A stretch of DNA of 64,000 nt, from the NCBI GenBank assembly GCA_947313855.1, contig CAMZNS010000026.1:2141-66140 (forward strand), given 5' to 3'. The notes beneath the pieces were generated by a model. It saw only the letters and a list, made by a program, of their open reading frames with translations, made no database searches and had not been told where the DNA came from. Of the stretch, positions 57,613 to 64,000 are shown in pieces. Numbering within the stretch: position 1 is the first letter of the stretch; each line of letters begins with the position of its first letter. Position numbers and translations under genes: made by a program. The DNA is from an uncultured Deferribacteraceae bacterium (GTDB lineage Bacteria > Chrysiogenota > Deferribacteres > CAMZNJ01).

Positions 57613-58442
57613 AAAAGATACCCTACCCCTAAATAAAAACACAGCAAGCTAAGAATAATTATGTTGCGAGATGACATCATAAAGCGAAGTAGGCTTGCCA
57701 AAAGCAACGCAATAAACATAGTAGATACAACCTGAACTAGGGAAAAACCGAGGATGCCATGACTCAAAAATATTATACCATAAAGAATGTAAAAGGTGTA
57801 GTAAGCAATTACACTTAAAATAGCGTAGTAAAATGATTCCCTAAGGGGGAGACGCAAAATATGGAAAAAGAGAACAAGTGTCCATATAAAAGGGGTGGTG
57901 CCCCACAAGTGGGAAAGCACAACAATGGCAACAATAGAGATAGAGGCAGGAAACAACCAACTCGAACTGAGGCTACTGCTAGATGAGGAAATACCCGAAT
58001 GCAAACTGTAAAGCATCAAAGATACAAGCACAGAAAAATAACCCACATAATAGAGACTAATATACAACCACAACATCGCCTCAGGGGCAACAAAACCTAA
58101 AACTGACGAACCGAAACCAACACCGAGGAAGAGCGTACCCACTAATGTTATGTAGTGACGACGCTCCTGATAGGCAGCAAGCTGCTTGTGGCGGTAGCGT
58201 AGGATAAACAGATCGATACCGTTGCGAAGGGGGGACGCAAGGGATAGGAGCAACCCCAACATAATCATGATGAAGAGTAGGGATGTCTGGTAATACGTGG
58301 TGTCGCCAACAACTAATGTACCGCTAAAGCTGTCTAAATTAACGATACCTGTGGCGTGGGCATTGCTACGCAATAAGTCCAAAAAGTAAGGGTTAAAAAT
58401 TATTGTTAAAGCAGTGCCAAGTATGGACTCAATAAGTAACAT
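57603..58442 (-). CDS. Polytopic membrane protein, probably a degenerate UppP/BacA
   Basis: 279 aa with about 7-8 TM, located between rnj and ftsK. Termini resemble UppP but the catalytic motifs are absent. AAGGAG/AAGGA RBS. Confidence 0.5.
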   Translation of the reverse strand: MLLIESILGTALTIIFNPYFLDLLRSNAHATGIVNLDSFSGTLVVGDTTYYQTSLLFIMIMLGLLLSLASPLRNGIDLFILRYRHKQLAAYQERRHYITLVGTLFLGVGFGSSVLGFVAPEAMLWLYISLYYVGYFSVLVSLMLYSLHSGISSSSSSLSSSWLFPASISIVAIVVLSHLWGTTPFIWTLVLFFHILRLPLRESFYYAILSVIAYYTFYILYGIIFLSHGILGFSLVQVVSTMFIALLLASLLRFMMSSRNIIILSLLCFYLGVGYLLWV

Positions 58443-58491
58443 GACTTCCTTCTCCTTAGGTTATCATCCCCAAAGAAGCTCCTAATGGCGG

Positions 58492-60120
58492 TTATAGTTT
58501 CTGTATGGATATTTCCACTAGAGGTCGGCGTGGAATATGCGGATTCGGTGCCTGTTTCACATTCTTAACGAAATCCTTATTCCGCATGATGGTGCCGTCG
58601 GTGGGAGCATGCTCTTCGAGGATTGCCATTACCGAGTCGATAATTTTACTTTTGTCGGTCATAAATATGGGGAACCCAACGGGAACAACGTCCACGGTGT
58701 ACTGATTTTTCCGCATACGTTTACGCATGGTGATGCTGATGAAAAGTACGCCAGCACTACTGATTAGGCGACGCTCCTCCAGATCTTTATCGTAAAGGGT
58801 GAGTCGTTGGTGTGCGTCGACGTAAACGTTTTTCCAAGGCACTTTATTGATGCCGACGAAGTTGTTTGATTTGTCCCATTCCCCTTGGGAGGCACAGGGC
58901 AGGATGATGCAGTTTTTTTCACTTACGTAACCGCCGTTGGTTGCGAGGGATTTGTGCATATTTAGGTGTCGGTAGTCGCCGTGAATGGGTAGGAAGTATT
59001 TGGGTCGTGTCATGGCGAGTAGTAGTTTGAGTTCCTCTTTGGCTGCGTGTCCTGAGACGTGGATGTTGTTATTTTTGTCCACAACAGCTGAGGCACCGAC
59101 GTAGTAGATTTGGTTGATAACGTCGTTGATCCCCCCTTCGTTGCCGGGGATAACCCTTGAGCTGAACATGACGAGGTCGTTTTTGCGAATTTTGAGCCCT
59201 TTGCGTCCTTTGAAGGTTACGGCGTAGAGGGAGGCATTTTGTTCCCCTTGGCACCCAGTGACGAGGAAGCAGACTTTGTTGTCGGGCATGGAGAGGGCTT
59301 TTTGTGGTGTAACGAGCAGTGATTTTTTGAGTGCGGGGTACCCCATTTTGCTGACGATATCGATATTTTTCAGCATGGAACGTCCCATGATGCAGAGTTT
59401 ACGTCCTGTTTCTTCGCATATTTGTGCGATCATGTAGAGTCGTGAGATATTTGATGCGAATGTGGTGACAAAGACGCGTCCGCTGTGTCCGGCAACAATG
59501 TCACGCATGTTGTCGTAGATGGATGATTCCGATTTGCTGAATCCGTCGACGAGGGCGTTGGTTGAGTCGGAGAGTAGGCATGTGAGTCCGCTTTTGCCTA
59601 TTTGGGAGATACGTTTGAAGTCCATTTGCACGTGATCGTTGGGGTTGTTGTCGATTTTGAAGTCGGAGGAGTGCAACGCGGAGAATTTGCCTGTTTTGAG
59701 GTATATGGCGTAGGTATCGAGTATGGAGTGGTTGACGGGGATAAATTCGAGGGCGAAGTCGCCGATTTTGATACGTTTGAATTCGTTATACTCTTTGAAG
59801 GTCGGTTTTTTGCTGAGTTTTTTGGAGATAAACTGAATGGCAAGTGGTGGTGCGTACACGGGTATGTTTTTGATATCCAGCACGTAGCGAATGGCACCGA
59901 TATGGTCTTCGTGTGCGTGTGTGATAACGATGGCTTCCAGCTTCTTTTTGATGGATTTGAGGTATGTGAAGTCGGGTATGGCACCGTCAACGCCTATTCC
60001 GCGACCGTCGAAGAATTTGATTCCAGCGTCCACTAGTATGGCAGTTGTTTTGGTTTCGTAGAGGTATGCGTTCATGCCGATGGATCCGACACCACCGAGA
60101 ACTGTTATTTTACAAGACAT
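58492..60120 (-). CDS. rnj: Ribonuclease J
   Basis: LGGVGSIGMN, THAHEDHIG, DSTNA, TGCQGE, HVSGH, PIHG. Start ATG 60120. Confidence 0.96.
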   Translation of the reverse strand: MSCKITVLGGVGSIGMNAYLYETKTTAILVDAGIKFFDGRGIGVDGAIPDFTYLKSIKKKLEAIVITHAHEDHIGAIRYVLDIKNIPVYAPPLAIQFISKKLSKKPTFKEYNEFKRIKIGDFALEFIPVNHSILDTYAIYLKTGKFSALHSSDFKIDNNPNDHVQMDFKRISQIGKSGLTCLLSDSTNALVDGFSKSESSIYDNMRDIVAGHSGRVFVTTFASNISRLYMIAQICEETGRKLCIMGRSMLKNIDIVSKMGYPALKKSLLVTPQKALSMPDNKVCFLVTGCQGEQNASLYAVTFKGRKGLKIRKNDLVMFSSRVIPGNEGGINDVINQIYYVGASAVVDKNNNIHVSGHAAKEELKLLLAMTRPKYFLPIHGDYRHLNMHKSLATNGGYVSEKNCIILPCASQGEWDKSNNFVGINKVPWKNVYVDAHQRLTLYDKDLEERRLISSAGVLFISITMRKRMRKNQYTVDVVPVGFPIFMTDKSKIIDSVMAILEEHAPTDGTIMRNKDFVKNVKQAPNPHIPRRPLVEISIQKL

Positions 60121-60314
60121 GTTCCTTCCATTTTTGCTCACCGCAGTTTTGTGGGGGGCTTGGGCTCTGCAGTAGTGTGGACAACGGTTGCCGATTGTGG
60201 ATTGTGGATTGCGAGTTGGCATTGTTATTGTCATTGTCATTGTGCTGTCATGAGCGTGCCCTCAGTTGGTTTTACAACCATACTGGGTAGCGTTATATTT
60301 TTTCTTATAATGTC

Positions 60315-60845
60315 TCAGGATGTTGGTATATTTAGGGTACACACGGCCATGGCGGCGATACCCTCTTGTCTACCAACAAACCCGAGTTGTTCAGTTGTTG
60401 TTGCTTTGATTGATACATCCTGCTCCGACAGGTGCATGCATTTTGCTAAGGATGCTCTTATTTGGGCGATGTGCGGGGCTAGTTTGGGCTCCTCTGCCAT
60501 TACCTGAGCATCGATATAACTTATTATTTTATAAGGGTGGTTCGATCCTGGAAGACCTTGTGGGGTAAATTTAAGCTCCACCATGTCAACCACTGCACTG
60601 AGCAGTTTTAGGGACGAAACCCCTTTGTATTGTTGATCGGTATCGGGGAATTGTTGTCCGATATCCCCTAAATTTGCCGATCCGAGTATGGCGTCAATAA
60701 TAGCATGTGTTAAAACGTCGGCATCGCTGTGTCCGATTAAGCCTTTGCCCTCGTTGTGGGGGAGTGTTACGCCACCCAAGATGAGTGGTCGGTTGTCGCC
60801 GAGCTGATGGACGTCGAAGCCTATGCCTGTTCTAGTTTTAACCAT
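60315..60845 (-). CDS. ispF: 2-C-methyl-D-erythritol 2,4-cyclodiphosphate synthase
   Basis: GIGFDVH, GHSDADV, GDIG..FPD, KATTTE.LGF.GR.EG. Confidence 0.96.
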   Translation of the reverse strand: MVKTRTGIGFDVHQLGDNRPLILGGVTLPHNEGKGLIGHSDADVLTHAIIDAILGSANLGDIGQQFPDTDQQYKGVSSLKLLSAVVDMVELKFTPQGLPGSNHPYKIISYIDAQVMAEEPKLAPHIAQIRASLAKCMHLSEQDVSIKATTTEQLGFVGRQEGIAAMAVCTLNIPTS

Positions 60846-60981
60846 AATCACAGGTATAATAACGCCAAACCATGAATTTTGCAACTATTTATTAACACAC
60901 CCCGCCTTAAGCCACAATGGGGGGCACTAGAAGTGTATGGGAGCATTTTAGAGCATTTAAAAGAGTATTGCGTATTGGTAA

Positions 60982-61010
60982 TTGACATAAATGGGGGAAA
61001 AGATTAAAAT
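60982..61010 (+). promoter_or_regulatory. sigma70 promoter of flhB
   Basis: TTGACA-N17-TAAAAT. Confidence 0.75.
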
Positions 61011-61091
61011 CACCACACTACTTTTGGGTGAATACAGGTATGCAAGCGTTGCTAAGCAAGGGGCATAGGCTGTGGAGACGGGGAGTTTCCT

Positions 61092-62165
61092 ATGGCGGAA
61101 AATCAGGAAGGACAAGAAAAAACCGAACAGGCCACTAGCAAAAAAATTAGCGACGCCCGTGAAAAAGGGCAGGTGGCAAAAAGTCAAGAACTACCAAGTG
61201 CAATGCTACTATTTGCAGCAGCACTAATGATCGTACTCATCGGCAAATGGGTGGGAACATCGCTAGGGAAGCAGTTCCTGTTCTTCTTCAACGTGGACTT
61301 CAAAACACTAGACGAAGAGATGGTGCTATTCCTGTTTTACAAAGCCTTCTCAGTGGCAAGCACCATACTCATTCCCGTTATGGTGGTTGTTGCAATTGTA
61401 GGCATCATGTCGCACATAGTCCAATTCGGAACACTATGGGCAACCAAAGCAATCAATCCCGACTTCACCAAACTCAACGTAATAAAAGGGATCCGAAACA
61501 TGTTTAAGCTCACAAAACTTGTGGAGCTTGCAAAATCACTCACAAAAATATTCATCGTGGGAGCAATATGCCTCCCCATCCTCTACGCCAACAGGGTCGA
61601 GATAGTACTAATGCAAGACAGTACGCTCATCGAAGCCGTACAACTCGTCTACAGCATGGTCGTCGAAATGTTTTTCCGTGCCAGTGCAGTCGTAATAATT
61701 CTCGCACTCATGGATCTGCTGTACCAAAAATGGAACCACATGGAACAACTCAAAATGACGCAACAAGAGGTCAAAGAGGAACACAAACAGATGGAAGGGG
61801 ATCCATTACTACGACAAAAAATACGGCAAGCACAAATGGACGCAGCAAGGGCAAGGATGATGGACGACGTTCCAAGCTCGGACGTGGTCATCACCAACCC
61901 AACACACTACGCTGTTGCCGTAAGATACAGCCCCGATGAAGGGGACAGAGCACCAAAAGTTATCGCAAAAGGCAAAAATATGATGGCGTTGAGAATTCGC
62001 GAAATCGCCAAAGAAAATAACATACACATACACGAAGACCCACTACTCGCTCGAACACTCTTCAATACAGCCGAAATAGGGGACGAAATACCGGAAGCTC
62101 TCTACAAAGCCATTGCCGAAATAATATCGTTTGTCTACAAACTTAAGGGGAAGAAAGTTGCGTAA
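61092..62165 (+). CDS. flhB: Flagellar export protein FlhB
   Basis: EKTEQAT, GQVAKS, EGDP, NPTH autocleavage motif. Confidence 0.97.
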   Translation: MAENQEGQEKTEQATSKKISDAREKGQVAKSQELPSAMLLFAAALMIVLIGKWVGTSLGKQFLFFFNVDFKTLDEEMVLFLFYKAFSVASTILIPVMVVVAIVGIMSHIVQFGTLWATKAINPDFTKLNVIKGIRNMFKLTKLVELAKSLTKIFIVGAICLPILYANRVEIVLMQDSTLIEAVQLVYSMVVEMFFRASAVVIILALMDLLYQKWNHMEQLKMTQQEVKEEHKQMEGDPLLRQKIRQAQMDAARARMMDDVPSSDVVITNPTHYAVAVRYSPDEGDRAPKVIAKGKNMMALRIREIAKENNIHIHEDPLLARTLFNTAEIGDEIPEALYKAIAEIISFVYKLKGKKVA

Positions 62166-63390
62166 CACTAGACACACAGATGCGGGAACCACAGATGCGA
62201 GCACCACTCTCGCACAACACATCGCCTCAGCTACACTCATGCTAAGCATGGCTCTAGTCATCACGACTGTGCCCACACAAACAGCATGGGCAGAAACAAC
62301 CACGCCAACAACCACACTCGCCATACCCGACCTAACAACGTTCTCCTCCCCAGCAGAATCCATCCGCATCGGTAACAAATACATGGAAAACAACAAAACA
62401 AAGCAAGCCATCGAAGAGTACTCCCGAGGGTTAGCAAAACTGCTGGGGGGCGGGGGCGACAACAACAGCACACCAAACATAAACGCCGCAAGCATCGCCG
62501 TACAGCTGGAAAGCTATCTGCAACGAAGCACAGCGTATCAGCAGTCGGGCAACGTCGCCAAAGCGATCAACGACCTATCGGAAGTAATCAACCTGAACCC
62601 CGAATACAAAGACGCTCTACAGAGGCGGGCAGCACTCTATCTGTCGCAAGGGAACTTCCAAGAGGCACTCACCGACTACCAACGAAGCTCCGTACTTAAC
62701 CCGCAAAATAACTCCATCGCCGATGTCGCCGCCATATACCTCCAACAAGGTGACTACGGCAACAGCATACTCGAAGCACAAAGAGCTCTCGCCCTAAACA
62801 GCAACGACTCCAAAGCACTACTCACACTCGCAAACGCCATGGGAGCAATCAACAACCACTCAGGGGCACTAACACTCTACAAACAATACCAAAACTGGGC
62901 AACAGCATCCCCCCAAAACCGTCAACGAGCAGAAGATATGGGGGTCGTAGGGAGCAAAATCGCCACAACACTACTAGGGCTCAACGATACCGAAAACGGA
63001 ATCAAAGAGGGGGAAAAACTTATCACACAAAATAGGGCAACCCTAGAACTAGTGCAAAAACTACTAGGTGTCTACAAAGCACAGAACGATATGCAAAACG
63101 CCACGCGAATGGAGAAAGAACTGAGCAAACAGCAACAAAATCTCACAAGCAAAGAGCAGTACGACATGGCTGTTACGGCATTTCGGAACATGGATTATGA
63201 AGAAGCCTTACGACTCACAACCCTCGCCATTGCACAAAACAGCAACGCACGACCGTATCGACTCCTCAAGATACAATCCCTCATCTACCTGCAAAATGTT
63301 TCCGAGGCGTGTACGGAGGCGGAGCAGCTTTGTGTTGACGGGTATTGCCCAACAGTCACCAAACTGCAGAGCACCAGCTACTGCCCCTAA
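62158..63390 (+). CDS. Exported TPR-repeat protein
   Basis: Signal-like segment ending AWA; TPRs (AINDLSEVINLNPEY, EALTDY); four C-terminal Cys. Start uncertain (TTG 62158 or ATG 62239). Confidence 0.8.
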   Translation: MRNTRHTDAGTTDASTTLAQHIASATLMLSMALVITTVPTQTAWAETTTPTTTLAIPDLTTFSSPAESIRIGNKYMENNKTKQAIEEYSRGLAKLLGGGGDNNSTPNINAASIAVQLESYLQRSTAYQQSGNVAKAINDLSEVINLNPEYKDALQRRAALYLSQGNFQEALTDYQRSSVLNPQNNSIADVAAIYLQQGDYGNSILEAQRALALNSNDSKALLTLANAMGAINNHSGALTLYKQYQNWATASPQNRQRAEDMGVVGSKIATTLLGLNDTENGIKEGEKLITQNRATLELVQKLLGVYKAQNDMQNATRMEKELSKQQQNLTSKEQYDMAVTAFRNMDYEEALRLTTLAIAQNSNARPYRLLKIQSLIYLQNVSEACTEAEQLCVDGYCPTVTKLQSTSYCP

Positions 63391-63754
63391 ATATCTACCT
63401 GCAAACTGCTTCCGAGGCGTGTACGGAGGGTGCACGGCACCGAGCGGAGCAGCTTTGTGTTGACGGGTATTGCCCACGGGTATTGCCACTAGTCACCAAA
63501 CTACAGAGCACCAACTACTGCCCCTAAATATCTACCTGCAAACTGCAGAGCACCAGCTACTGCCCCGAAATATCTACCTGCAAACTGCAGAGCACCAGCT
63601 ACTGCCCCGAAATATCTACCTGCAAACTGCTTCCGAGGCGTGTACGGAGGGTGCACGGCACCGAGCGGAGCAGCTTTGTGTTGACGGGTATTGCCCACGG
63701 GTATTGCCACTAGTCACCAAACAGCAGAGCACCAGCTACTGCCCCGAAATATCC
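63283..63754. repeat. Nested tandem duplications of the TPR gene's 3' end
   Basis: The TTCCGAGGCGTGTACGGAGG...TACTGCCCC block occurs x3; the 41-bp AAACTGCAGAGCACCAGCTACTGCCCC(T/G)AAATATCTACCTGC sub-unit is repeated between copies. Confidence 0.95.
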
Positions 63755-64000
63755 GTAAAAAAAAGTTGATAAATAGTTGACTAATGGTTACATTTATGAT
63801 TAATTAATTATTAAAAGTATACAGATTATTCATTTATTTGTAATTAACAAATAAAAACTATCTAGGGAAATTAAATCACATTTATCGGATATAACTTCAC
63901 ATTTTTGCAATTTATGAAGAAAAAATAAAAAAAATACCCGATGTAGTTGCCAAATCTGCGAAACAGAAGCAAATTTCAAAATAGCATATTTGTAGATAAT

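Noticed and set aside
63283..63754. DGR template/variable repeat pair
   Set aside because: Differences are mainly insertions rather than adenine-specific substitutions, and there is no reverse transcriptase in the window.
1..64000. Alternative genetic code, tRNA/rRNA genes, IS or prophage
   Set aside because: TAA, TAG and TGA all end conserved genes at the expected positions. I saw no cloverleaf, rRNA, transposase, integrase or terminal inverted repeats.

Overview
Bacterial chromosomal core region (genetic code 11; all three stop codons are used). It carries about 45 housekeeping genes: pseI, pstS, dnaE, def, a dciA-like gene, obg, a cbb3-oxidase assembly cluster, metG, tyrS, pilD, prfA-prmC-murA-bamA-skp-lpxD-fabZ-lpxA-gnnA-like, ridA/DAACS/metC, a TPR-CHAT gene, a PTS-like gene, HIT-lapA-lapB, yigZ-recA-dnaA, rplU-rpmA, tolC, purA, ispF-rnj-uppP-like-ftsK and flhB. 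Gene order and content suggest a flagellated, microaerophilic Gram-negative organism, possibly Deferribacterota-like and host-associated (inference only). I found no rRNA, tRNA, IS element, prophage or CRISPR array. What stands out is the genome architecture. (1) A strong A+C versus G+T strand skew flips in kb-scale blocks. (2) There are more than 20 local tandem expansions, in-frame inside genes and of any unit length between genes; several duplicate a gene's own 3' end or its promoter. (3) Several full-length uninterrupted ORFs appear to have lost their catalytic residues (CHAT, PTS EIICB, M29-like peptidase, UppP, YjdJ-like GNAT, LapB). (4) prfA is separated from prmC by one in-frame UAG and a His-rich linker. 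(5) dnaA follows recA, with no dnaN and no visible oriC. All family assignments come from motif recognition by eye, with no database search.
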